Assembly (NCBI GenBank): GCA_903907865.1
Contig: CAIVPR010000071.1
Coordinates: 13,410-77,409 of the forward strand
Length of the DNA stretch: 64,000 nt
From: an uncultured Acidobacteriia bacterium
Lineage (GTDB): Bacteria > Acidobacteriota > Terriglobia > Bryobacterales > Bryobacteraceae
Reading direction: 5' to 3'
Positions 9,571 to 17,609 of the stretch are shown piece after piece (position 1 is the first letter of the stretch; every line of letters begins with the position of its first letter). A program made the position numbers and the translations under genes. The notes beneath the pieces were generated by a model. That model saw only the letters and a program-made list of their open reading frames with translations, ran no database searches and was not told where the DNA came from.

Positions 9571-10473
9571 CTATCCCTTGATATCGCGGAACGCGTCTTC
9601 GATGGCGACTTTCGCGTCGGGAGTCGGTGGCGCATACGGCAGGCGCGGCGGACCGCCATAGTAGCCGTTCAGGTCCATGGCGTACTTGAGGCCGGCGGGA
9701 CCTTCCACGCTGGTGACCAGGTGCGACGGGTGCGCGATGCGCGCCTGCCAGTCGATCCCGGCCTCCTCCTCGCGTGTACGGAAGGCTTCCCAGATCGCGA
9801 TGGCGGCGTAGGGGGCAGCCGAAGCCGTTGTCAGCGCCCCGCCGTTGGCACCGGCTTTGAGGCCGTCCCAAAACTGGCCGTCCGTACCGCTTAGGATCGC
9901 AAAGCCCTTGCCGACCAGCGCACGGATCTCTCGGATTCGCTCGCTTGGCGTGCCCGACTCGATCACGCCCACGATATTCGGATGGTTGGCCAACTCCGCA
10001 ATGGTGGCCGCCGACAGGTCGACCCCGGTACCCGATGGCGAGTTGTGGACCAGCACCGGGACCGGGGATCTGTCCGCCAGTGCACGGAAATACGTTGTCT
10101 GGGCCGACGCGGCTTGGTTGGTTTCGCGATACCGGAACGGCGGGGTGCTGACCACCGCCTGCGCTCCCGCCTCCGCCGCCGATACCGACAAGGAGACCGC
10201 ATTGTGCACGCCGTCACTGGAGACGTCGAGGATCAGGACACGGCTGTCGCCGGTGATCGGCGCGGCCAAACGCACCACCTCCAGCTTCTCTTCCGCCGTG
10301 AGCAGAGGCCCTTCGCCAGCCAGCCCGCCGACGACAAAACCCGCCAAAGCGGTGCGGCACCACTTCTCAAAGTTATGCTGGACTTTGACGCGGTAAATCG
10401 CGCCGGTGTGGTCGAACGGCGTCGCGACCGACGCCAGTATCCCCTGAAGCTTCATATTGCCTTGTACGCTCAT
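9571..10473 (-). CDS. DapA/N-acetylneuraminate-lyase superfamily protein lacking canonical catalytic residues
   Basis: Overall DHDPS-like (TPF..G.I...EK...V, SGTD) over 300 aa. However, the positions I align to E. coli DapA T44/T45, Y133, R138 and K161 read L/A, H, G and I (see findings). Confidence 0.7.
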   Translation of the reverse strand: MSVQGNMKLQGILASVATPFDHTGAIYRVKVQHNFEKWCRTALAGFVVGGLAGEGPLLTAEEKLEVVRLAAPITGDSRVLILDVSSDGVHNAVSLSVSAAEAGAQAVVSTPPFRYRETNQAASAQTTYFRALADRSPVPVLVHNSPSGTGVDLSAATIAELANHPNIVGVIESGTPSERIREIRALVGKGFAILSGTDGQFWDGLKAGANGGALTTASAAPYAAIAIWEAFRTREEEAGIDWQARIAHPSHLVTSVEGPAGLKYAMDLNGYYGGPPRLPYAPPTPDAKVAIEDAFRDIKG

Positions 10474-10484
10474 CCGAAACTACC

Positions 10485-11333
10485 ATGTTCTCAATCGACC
10501 TTGATTGTCGCCAAGACCTGAAAGAAATCGCCATCGCCGACCTCTGGGAGGCAGGCTGCACCGGCATCGTCGAACTGGAGGAATGGGACGACATCGCCCG
10601 CATGCGGGTCTTCTTCGACTCCCACGCCGACCAAGCCGCCATCGTCGCGCGCTTCGGCGGCGAGGCCACACCCGCCGATACGCGCGACTGGGTGGCGTTC
10701 GCGCGGGAGTACCTGCAGCCGATGGAGATCGGCGCCAAGATCTTCGTGATTCCCGAGTGGCGTGACGAACCGACGCCCGAAGGCCGCCTCCGCGTGGTGA
10801 TCAACGCCGGATTGGCGTTCGGCACCGGTGCGCATGAAACGACGCGGCTGTGCCTCGAGGCGATCGAGCGACTCGTGCGGCCTGGCGTCACGCTGGTCGA
10901 CATCGGGACAGGGTCGGGAATCCTGTCGGAGGTCGCGGTGCGATTGGGTGCCGGAAATGCGTTCGCGTCGGACACCGACCCCGACGCCGTTGCCGTGGCC
11001 AAGGAGAATTTCGAACGCGCAGGGGTCGCGGTGCCTGTCTTCACGGGCTCGGCGGACGCGGTGGCATCGGACTCCGCGGACATCGTGGTGGCCAACATCA
11101 GCCCGGCTTGGATCTCGGAGCTGGCTGGCGACTGGTTCCGCATCCTAAGGTCTGGCGGGACCGCGATCCTCAGCGGCTTCGAGGCCGCGGACGTGCCGAC
11201 TGTGTCGGCGGCGCTGCGCAAGGCGGGACTGGAAGTGGTCGGAGAGTTCGGGGAGCGGGAGTGGCGGATGATCGAGGCCCGTCGGAACCGAGGAACCCCG
11301 CCGGTCGAACAAGTCCGTGCTGATCCATGCTAA
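10485..11333 (+). CDS. prmA: ribosomal protein L11 methyltransferase
   Basis: FGTGAHETTRLCLEAIERL...VDIGTGSGILS...DTDPDAV is the PrmA signature. Confidence 0.88.
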   Translation: MFSIDLDCRQDLKEIAIADLWEAGCTGIVELEEWDDIARMRVFFDSHADQAAIVARFGGEATPADTRDWVAFAREYLQPMEIGAKIFVIPEWRDEPTPEGRLRVVINAGLAFGTGAHETTRLCLEAIERLVRPGVTLVDIGTGSGILSEVAVRLGAGNAFASDTDPDAVAVAKENFERAGVAVPVFTGSADAVASDSADIVVANISPAWISELAGDWFRILRSGGTAILSGFEAADVPTVSAALRKAGLEVVGEFGEREWRMIEARRNRGTPPVEQVRADPC

Positions 11334-11355
11334 CCTTATCCCATTGGATGGTGAA

Positions 11356-12009
11356 ATGGCTCTGAGAATCAACGTTGGATGTGGTCAGAACCCCACGAGT
11401 GGCTGGAGGAACTTTGACAATTCCCCGAGCCTCCGACTTGCCACCCTACCGGCAATACCTGGAATCCTCCGGAGCCTTGGCCTCATCGGCGCTGCGGAGC
11501 AGAAATTCATCGACTTCGCAAATAAGAATCGCATCGAGTTTGGCGACGCGGCGAAGGGACTTCCAGTTCCAGACGGTTCGGCCGAGGTCCTCTACACCTC
11601 GCATATGGTGGAGCATTTGGACGCCACCGAACGGGATGCTTTCCTGGCAGAGGCGATGCGGGTGTTGTGCCCCGGGGGGATTCTGAGGATTGCAGTACCC
11701 GACATCAGTGTCCACGTCGCCAAATACCTCCAAGACCGTGACGCGGACGCATTCATCGAAAGGACGCATTTGACCGTGCCCCGCGCACGCTCTCTCGGCC
11801 AACGCTTCCGGCTACTCATGGTAGGCACGCGCCATCATCAGTGGATGTACGATGGCAGTTCCCTGTGCGCGGTGCTTAGGGCGAATGGTTTTGTGAACGT
11901 TGAAGCTTTGCCAGCGGGTACAACCCACATCCAGAATCCAGAGCCCCTCAATCTATCCGAGAGAGTCTCCGAGAGTCTGTATGTGGAGGCTGAGAAACCC
12001 AAGGCCTAG
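11356..12009 (+). CDS. class I SAM-dependent methyltransferase (Methyltransf_11/23-like)
   Basis: Start re-picked at MALRINVGCGQN (M14 of track ORF 11317..12009). Also SHMVEHL and LCPGGILRIAVPD. Confidence 0.7.
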   Translation: MALRINVGCGQNPTSGWRNFDNSPSLRLATLPAIPGILRSLGLIGAAEQKFIDFANKNRIEFGDAAKGLPVPDGSAEVLYTSHMVEHLDATERDAFLAEAMRVLCPGGILRIAVPDISVHVAKYLQDRDADAFIERTHLTVPRARSLGQRFRLLMVGTRHHQWMYDGSSLCAVLRANGFVNVEALPAGTTHIQNPEPLNLSERVSESLYVEAEKPKA

Positions 12010-12142
12010 TCCGGTCCGACTCAGAGCGCGATCACGACATGCGTGGCAGCCGCAGTCGCGACAAGGTTGCGCCCCAGAATCCAAAGCGCCAATGCCGGCA
12101 AAGCCACGGGCTGCGAAGTCGTCGTCAACACCGGCCTCTCCC

Positions 12143-13000
12143 CTAATGCTGCCGACCGCCCGGCCTCGGTCCGCCGAAGCCACCCGGCCCGCCCGCCGCG
12201 CGGGTCTTGACCGTGTAGCCCGCGGGCACCACGAACAAGGAAGCGTTCGGTTCCGCTGTCACGATGTTCGTCAGATCCATTTGCGTCGTGCCAAAGCGCG
12301 GATCGGAACTACGAATCTGCACCGGGACCTTCAGGTCGTTCGAGGTCCACATTTGGCGCGAAACCTGGATAGCCTTTTCATTGCCGATCTCGCCCGCAGG
12401 AATCGTTTGCACGTGGTGGATGCCCGAAGCCAATACGCCGTTCACCATCTGCGGATTCAACGTGGTGCGCACAACCATGGGAGAACTCTCTGTCCCGCCG
12501 GGTCCACGATGCGCCGTTGGAGGCGCGCTGCCGCCGCGGGGGGTGTGGTTCGATGGAATCCGCAACTGGCTCTGGGTGGCGACCATCGTCGAGGAATCCA
12601 GCACATAACGGCTCCCCCCGACGTAGTCCAGAATCGTTGTCACCGTATACGGCTGCTTGCCGCTGGATGCGGGCGGTGTGATCGTCTGTTCCGTCCGCAC
12701 CCGGCCTTGGCCGTCGCGATGGACAACCGTCTGCGACTTGTGGATGATATTGTTGCCATCGGCCAAAGGCTCGACAGTCTGCACAACCTCCACCGCAGAA
12801 TAGGGCGCATTGGGCACATACGACTGGGGGCCGCCGAGCGAGCCCATCCCAAAGCCGTCCATGCCGCGACCGGCAAATCCACCCGGAGGCGGTCCCGGAG
12901 GCCGACCGCCCGGTCCGGCTCCGTGCATCCCGAAATCGCCGCGCGGGCCCTGCGCCAACAACGCACCCGCCATAGCCAACAGTAGAGCAATTCGCTTCAT
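12143..13000 (-). CDS. secreted protein with Gly/Pro-rich termini, unknown function
   Basis: Signal peptide MKRIALLLAMAGALLAQG. N-terminal GPGGRPPGPPPGGFAGRG and C-terminal GGPGGFGGPRPGGRQH low-complexity tails. Lies downstream of the sigma/anti-sigma pair on the same strand. Confidence 0.6.
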   Translation of the reverse strand: MKRIALLLAMAGALLAQGPRGDFGMHGAGPGGRPPGPPPGGFAGRGMDGFGMGSLGGPQSYVPNAPYSAVEVVQTVEPLADGNNIIHKSQTVVHRDGQGRVRTEQTITPPASSGKQPYTVTTILDYVGGSRYVLDSSTMVATQSQLRIPSNHTPRGGSAPPTAHRGPGGTESSPMVVRTTLNPQMVNGVLASGIHHVQTIPAGEIGNEKAIQVSRQMWTSNDLKVPVQIRSSDPRFGTTQMDLTNIVTAEPNASLFVVPAGYTVKTRAAGGPGGFGGPRPGGRQH

Positions 13001-13030
13001 GATGTCCTCTTGCCTAAATCCGTGATCGCA

Positions 13031-13675
13031 CTAGAACCCTTCGCTACGCGGCTCTTCCGAAAGCCGCACGGCACGCGGAAACCCGTCCGCGCCGACCAGC
13101 ACATCCGCGGGCAGCCCCGCTTGAATCCCGGTGGAGGAATTCGCCTGCATCGCGGCCAGCCACGAAGGATCCACATCCACGCCCAAGCTCGCCAATTCCA
13201 CCGGCTGCAACTCCCTGTGCACCATGCGCACCATCTCACCCTCGGCGAGGGGTGGCGCGAACGGCACAGCCATGAAACCCTCTTCCGGCGAGCCCTCGGT
13301 CGACTCTTCCATGTCCGAGGTCGATTCGAGTGCTGCCACCGGGCCTTCCACCGGCTTGGGCTTAACCATGTTCCAGAACAGGGACGACGCCAGGAGGAGC
13401 GCTGCCGCCGCTGCCAACGCCCACGTCCATCGCGGAGATCGCTTGGCGCGCACCGAGTCGAAATGGGCCATCACACTCTCCCGCGAGGCATGGGACGACC
13501 TGAAACCAGCCCCCAGCGCGCTCAACTGCCGCAACTGGGATGTCAACAGCCTCTCCGCTTCCCAACGTTCCATGCAGGCGTCGCAACGCAACAAGTGGGC
13601 ACGCACCGCCGCGTCCGGCCCCGACCGCCGACGGGCGCTTTCGACCAGGCGTTCCACTGCAATAGCGCAATTCAT
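13031..13675 (-). CDS. anti-sigma factor (zf-HC2 type, single TM)
   Basis: Start re-picked at MNCAIAVERL (M53 of the track ORF), which overlaps the sigma-factor stop by 4 nt (ATGA). HLLRCDACMERW zinc-finger motif; TM segment WTWALAAAAALLLASSLFW. Confidence 0.75.
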   Translation of the reverse strand: MNCAIAVERLVESARRRSGPDAAVRAHLLRCDACMERWEAERLLTSQLRQLSALGAGFRSSHASRESVMAHFDSVRAKRSPRWTWALAAAAALLLASSLFWNMVKPKPVEGPVAALESTSDMEESTEGSPEEGFMAVPFAPPLAEGEMVRMVHRELQPVELASLGVDVDPSWLAAMQANSSTGIQAGLPADVLVGADGFPRAVRLSEEPRSEGF

Positions 13676-14229
13676 CTTGCGACACCTCCTACAACCTGGG
13701 CGGACTCGGTGCGCTTGCGCATCTTCGCCGCCAACAAACCGCGTGCCCGGTGCAGCCGGGATCTGACCGTTCCGATCGGGCAGTCCATGATCGCGGCCGC
13801 CTCCTCGTAGCTCCGTTCTTCCAAATCGCATAGGACCACCGCGTCCCTGTAGGCCTCGGGAAGTTCCGAAACCGCTGTCCGCAAGGCGGCCAAATTCTCG
13901 TCCTCGATCAGCCCGCCGAGGATGTCGTGGTCCACCCGGCGGTCCACCGCTTCCTCGACTCCGCCCTTGCGCCGGAAAACACGCACCAAATTCCTGGCCA
14001 CACCGAACATCCAGCCTTCCAGCGCGCCGCGCGCCGCGTCGAAGCGGTTCACGGCGGACGCCAATTGGATGAAGACGTCGTGGGCGATTTCCTCCGCGGC
14101 CGCGGAGCTACCCGTCATGTGCAGGGCGTAGCGGTACAGACCGGGTTCGCGACGCTCATAGAGCTCCGCGAATGCCGCACGGTCACCGAGGCGCATAAGC
14201 CTGTAGAGATCCTCGTCGGTCCTTTGCAT
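13672..14229 (-). CDS. ECF-type RNA polymerase sigma factor (sigma-70 family)
   Basis: Region 2 (FAELYERREPGLYRYALHMTG...AHDVFIQL) and region 4 HTH (SYEEAAAIMDCPIGTVRSRLHRARGLL). Confidence 0.88.
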   Translation of the reverse strand: MQRTDEDLYRLMRLGDRAAFAELYERREPGLYRYALHMTGSSAAAEEIAHDVFIQLASAVNRFDAARGALEGWMFGVARNLVRVFRRKGGVEEAVDRRVDHDILGGLIEDENLAALRTAVSELPEAYRDAVVLCDLEERSYEEAAAIMDCPIGTVRSRLHRARGLLAAKMRKRTESAQVVGGVAR

Positions 14230-14376
14230 CCGGACGTTCGTATTGTATTGCAGTGGAGTCGGGATTAGTTCCAGCCGCGTTTGCGCTAAAAGCGCAAGAG
14301 CCGCCGGACGCGGCGCTCAGTGGGAAGTAGAACCGCCCGTCCAGCCGCTTCCGGCGGCGCGACTTGCGCGTGTTCC

Positions 14377-15006
14377 TTAAAATCGGTAGAACTTGTGGCG
14401 GCAGGCACGGCAGCGGAACGGGGCGATGAAGAACAGGCGCAGGAACTCCTCGAACAGGCCGCTGCGGTTGGCCCGGCGGACGTTGTTCGACGTGCAGTTC
14501 GGGCAAAACCCGTACCTAGTTTTGAGATCGTCGGTCTCGGTGACTTCCTGGGTCCCGGCCTTCACAACGTCGGCCTTAGGTGCTTCGAGCTGAAACTGCC
14601 TGTGGCCGTAGGGCGAAGGTGGCTGCGGAGCTGGCGGAACCGATGGAGGGTCCAGCTTGAAACCCGGCACCGCGCTAGACAGGCTCCGCTCGATCGTATC
14701 CACCACCGAACTGACCTTCTGCTCGGCCAAGCGCGACGAGTCGCGCAGGCTCAACAGCGTCCTGGACTGCATGTTGGACACTTTCTCCAACGTGTTGAGC
14801 CGATCACCCAGCTGCTCGTGCAGCACGGCGGCCGATTCCTCAACGGCCCGCTCGCCCATATCCTTGAACTCGCTGAGCAGCTTGGCCTCGAGCTTCCGCA
14901 TGTGCTCGCCAACCTGGTCCTCAATGATGGCGGGCAGGTCGGACTGTAGTTGCTGGACCCTCTGCCTGGAACGAGCCGCTTCGAGCGCGCGCTGTTTTTC
15001 GGCCAT
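14377..15006 (-). CDS. coiled-coil protein with C-terminal CxxC...CxxC zinc-ribbon
   Basis: Start re-picked at MAEKQRALEAARS (ATG 15006). The longer track ORF would overlap the upstream PIN gene. C-terminus is FCPNCTSNNVRR...PFRCRACRHKFYRF. Confidence 0.55.
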   Translation of the reverse strand: MAEKQRALEAARSRQRVQQLQSDLPAIIEDQVGEHMRKLEAKLLSEFKDMGERAVEESAAVLHEQLGDRLNTLEKVSNMQSRTLLSLRDSSRLAEQKVSSVVDTIERSLSSAVPGFKLDPPSVPPAPQPPSPYGHRQFQLEAPKADVVKAGTQEVTETDDLKTRYGFCPNCTSNNVRRANRSGLFEEFLRLFFIAPFRCRACRHKFYRF

Positions 15007-15080
15007 GAGGTCGCGGATCGGATTGGGTCTCCGAGCAGGAACATTCCGAGGAGTACGGCGAATGGTGGCCAAGAAGTTCC

Positions 15081-15530
15081 TCACGGCAATTGTAGCGCGT
15101 TGCCGGGTGTGTCTTTGTTGGACAGGTCCAAGGATTCGAGCAGCCCCCTTGAATTCACCACGGCTGTTGGGCCGAACGAAGGGGGAAAATGCCGCAGATT
15201 TCCGGTCACAAGATACTGGGCTCCTATCGCCCCGGCGCACTCAAGGAAGCGGTTGTCATCCTCGTCGGTCGCGGCGGTCGCGGGCACGGATGCCACGCAT
15301 GGAACTGCGTGCGCCTCCATTTCCGCCAGCAGTGCCTCCGCCGCTCCCCGGATGAGGTGGAACTTCTTGCGCAACAGGACATCGCGGTACTCGGCGCGGA
15401 TCTCCGGCGTCGCGTACATCGCCAGCCGACCGTCCCGCACCATGCCGACCACCTGCGCCTCCAGCCCGTCCGGCTTGAGACACGCCGAAATCAGGATATT
15501 GGTGTCGAGGACGACGCGCACCGGCAGCAT
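15081..15530 (-). CDS. PIN-domain protein (putative toxin-antitoxin system toxin, TIGR00305-like)
   Basis: VVLDTNILISACLKPDG...EIRAEYRDVLLRKKF...DEDDNRFLECA...YLVTGNLRHF. The acidic PIN residues are visible. Confidence 0.75.
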   Translation of the reverse strand: MLPVRVVLDTNILISACLKPDGLEAQVVGMVRDGRLAMYATPEIRAEYRDVLLRKKFHLIRGAAEALLAEMEAHAVPCVASVPATAATDEDDNRFLECAGAIGAQYLVTGNLRHFPPSFGPTAVVNSRGLLESLDLSNKDTPGNALQLP

Positions 15531-15547
15531 TCACCCAGCATAATAGT

Positions 15548-16501
15548 GTGATGACGCGCACTCCACGCACAGCGACTTTGGCCTTGGCCCTTGCGGGCTC
15601 CCTACTGGCGGCAGCCCCGAAGGTCGTGGTTCCCGCCAACGGCGTGCCCCCGGTGGGGCCGTATTCCCCCGGCCTCGACACCGGCGATTACCTCTACATT
15701 TCCGGCCAGGGCGTCCGCGATTCCAAGAGCCAGATGCCTGCCGGAATCGATGCCCAGACCACGCAGTGCATCGAGAACGTCCGCGGAATCCTCGCGGCGG
15801 CGGGCCTCGGCTTCGGCGATGTCGTCTCGGTCCAGATGTTCCTCGCCGATTTGAAGACGCTCCCGGCGGTGGACAAGATCTACCTGGCGGCATTCCCGAA
15901 GAATCCGCCCCGCGTGGTGCTCGGGGTTTCCAAGATGCCTACCGACACGACGGTGGAAATCACGGTTGTGGCGCGCAAGCCGACCGCCAAGGCCGACCGT
16001 GTCTTCGTTCCGGCGGTCTACGGGACCAGCACGGTCGACGTGGAAGCGAAACTGGCAGCTGAGTTGAAGAAATCGGGCCTGACGCCGAAGAACGTGCTGT
16101 TCGTCAACCGGTATGTGGTGGGGTCGACCGCGACTGGAGTGGTTCCGGTGACCGCGCTCGCCAACGGCGCAACGCACGCGGTGTTCGCAATAGCCGCCAA
16201 GACGCCCCCGTCCGGCTCGGCCTACTGCGAGGTGGTGGCCAGCGACCCGAAGGGCACCATTGAGGCCCAGACTGCCGACGCCTTTGCCAAGCTGAAGGCC
16301 TGTCTTGCGGGCAAGGGTTTCGGCCTCGAAGATGCGGTCGCGACCAACGTGTACCTCGACGACATCAACGATTTCGCCAAGATGAATGCGGTCTACGCGA
16401 CCTATTTTGCAGTGCAGAAGCCCACGCGGACGACGATCCAGCCAGCTCCGGCGGGGTCGAAGTCGAGCTTGGTGCGCTTGGCGGCTGTGGCGGCCAAGTA
16501 G
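15548..16501 (+). CDS. secreted tandem RidA/YjgF/TdcF-family protein (two Endoribonuclease L-PSP domains)
   Basis: GTG 15548 or ATG 15551. Signal-like MMTRTPRTATLALALAGSLLAAAP. Domain 1 has VGPYSPG..LYISGQG...PPRVVLGVSKMP..VEI. Domain 2 has NVYLDDINDFAKMNAVYATYF...PTRTTIQ. Confidence 0.75.
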   Translation: MMTRTPRTATLALALAGSLLAAAPKVVVPANGVPPVGPYSPGLDTGDYLYISGQGVRDSKSQMPAGIDAQTTQCIENVRGILAAAGLGFGDVVSVQMFLADLKTLPAVDKIYLAAFPKNPPRVVLGVSKMPTDTTVEITVVARKPTAKADRVFVPAVYGTSTVDVEAKLAAELKKSGLTPKNVLFVNRYVVGSTATGVVPVTALANGATHAVFAIAAKTPPSGSAYCEVVASDPKGTIEAQTADAFAKLKACLAGKGFGLEDAVATNVYLDDINDFAKMNAVYATYFAVQKPTRTTIQPAPAGSKSSLVRLAAVAAK

Positions 16502-16505
16502 GGAG

Positions 16506-16925
16506 TCAACGGGAGCGGGTTACGAAGTAGATTTGGACGTAAGCCGCGCCCGGTTCAACTGGTTCAACGAGATACACCCGCGAGTAGAGGCCGTTATCCG
16601 TCCGGAAGTCCAACTCGAATCGGGGACCGTGGCCATCCAGCCGGACACCGGTCTGTTGGAAATCGTCCTCCTTGCACCCCGCCACGGATTTCACGACGCA
16701 GATCTTAGTTTTTCCGGCAGGCTGAACTTGGAGTCCCGTCTCTTCCCGTGCAAGACGAAACCCATTCCTCGACGATGGATCCGGCAGGCAAAGCATTTGA
16801 CCGGATACGAGATCCAAGCTGCAACCGGGGCGCAGTGTGGCATACCCCCGGGCTATTGGTTCGGGGGCGGAGGGTTCAAGGCAACGATGCCGAAGTCGTC
16901 GCAAATCGCTCCGGGGGCGTCGCAC
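16506..16925 (-). other. open frame that may be the frameshifted C-terminal continuation of the CarboxypepD_reg gene
   Basis: Protein-like translation (CSLDLVSGQMLCLPD...TKICVVKSVAGCKEDDF...RVYLVEPVEPGAAYVQIYF) with no convincing start of its own. It overlaps the 3' end of 16853..17245 in another frame near a G5/C5 run. Confidence 0.3.
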
Positions 16926-17245
16926 CCCCCTACGTCCAACCTGACGGCCCCCAAATCCCTCTCCCCGTCGGCCACAACCGAAACGCTATCGACCGTTCCC
17001 TCGCGGAAGCCCGGGGACGCGAACAGTGCCAGGTAGGTGCCAGCGGCCACCTCCCGAAGTGCGAATCGCCCGCGTGAATCCGCTTCCCCTCGGACGACGG
17101 TCTCCCGCGTATCCTCCCGTACCAACCGGATCTTCACCTTTGGAATGAACGCCCCTGTCGCGTCCACGACGGACCCGACCAGAGTCCCGGCAACGGCGGT
17201 TAGCGGCACTGCCAGCCCAATCGCGACGAGAATGGCGATCCTCAT
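16853..17245 (-). CDS. carboxypeptidase-regulatory-like (CarboxypepD_reg) domain protein
   Basis: Start re-picked at MRIAILVAIGLAVPLTAVAG (signal peptide). GTLVGSVVDATGAFIPKVKIRLV...ADSRGRFALREVAAGTYLALFASPGF is the typical CarboxypepD_reg beta-sandwich. Confidence 0.65.
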   Translation of the reverse strand: MRIAILVAIGLAVPLTAVAGTLVGSVVDATGAFIPKVKIRLVREDTRETVVRGEADSRGRFALREVAAGTYLALFASPGFREGTVDSVSVVADGERDLGAVRLDVGGCDAPGAICDDFGIVALNPPPPNQ

Positions 17246-17323
17246 TCCCCTATTATGCCGGGATTTGTCAGCAAGGGCGCACAACAGAGGGTGCCCGGCC
17301 CTCTCCAGTATTATCCTGTAACC

Positions 17324-17557
17324 ATGCAGACCATGTCGTTACAGTTGCCCGATGAGTTGATGGCGCGGCTTGCAACCGAATCCGTCTCCCGCCGCGTTAC
17401 CCGTTCCCAAATCGTGGAAGAGACTCTGGCCCGCGCGTTCGGCACGTCCCGGGAGGACCAGCACGTCTCGTGCTACGACCTGGCTTGGGATCTAATCGGC
17501 ACTGCGACGAGCCTCCCGAGCGACATCGCCACAAATCCGCGCTACATGGAGGGCTAG
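17324..17557 (+). CDS. ribbon-helix-helix (CopG-like) protein, orphan antitoxin-like
   Basis: Start re-picked at MQTMSLQLPDELMARLATESVSRRVTRSQIVEETLARAF (RHH pattern). No toxin gene follows. Confidence 0.55.
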   Translation: MQTMSLQLPDELMARLATESVSRRVTRSQIVEETLARAFGTSREDQHVSCYDLAWDLIGTATSLPSDIATNPRYMEG

Positions 17558-17609
17558 CGAGTGCGAAACGGGCCGGTGATCTCGGGAGCGTGACCAAACC
17601 TATCCACCC

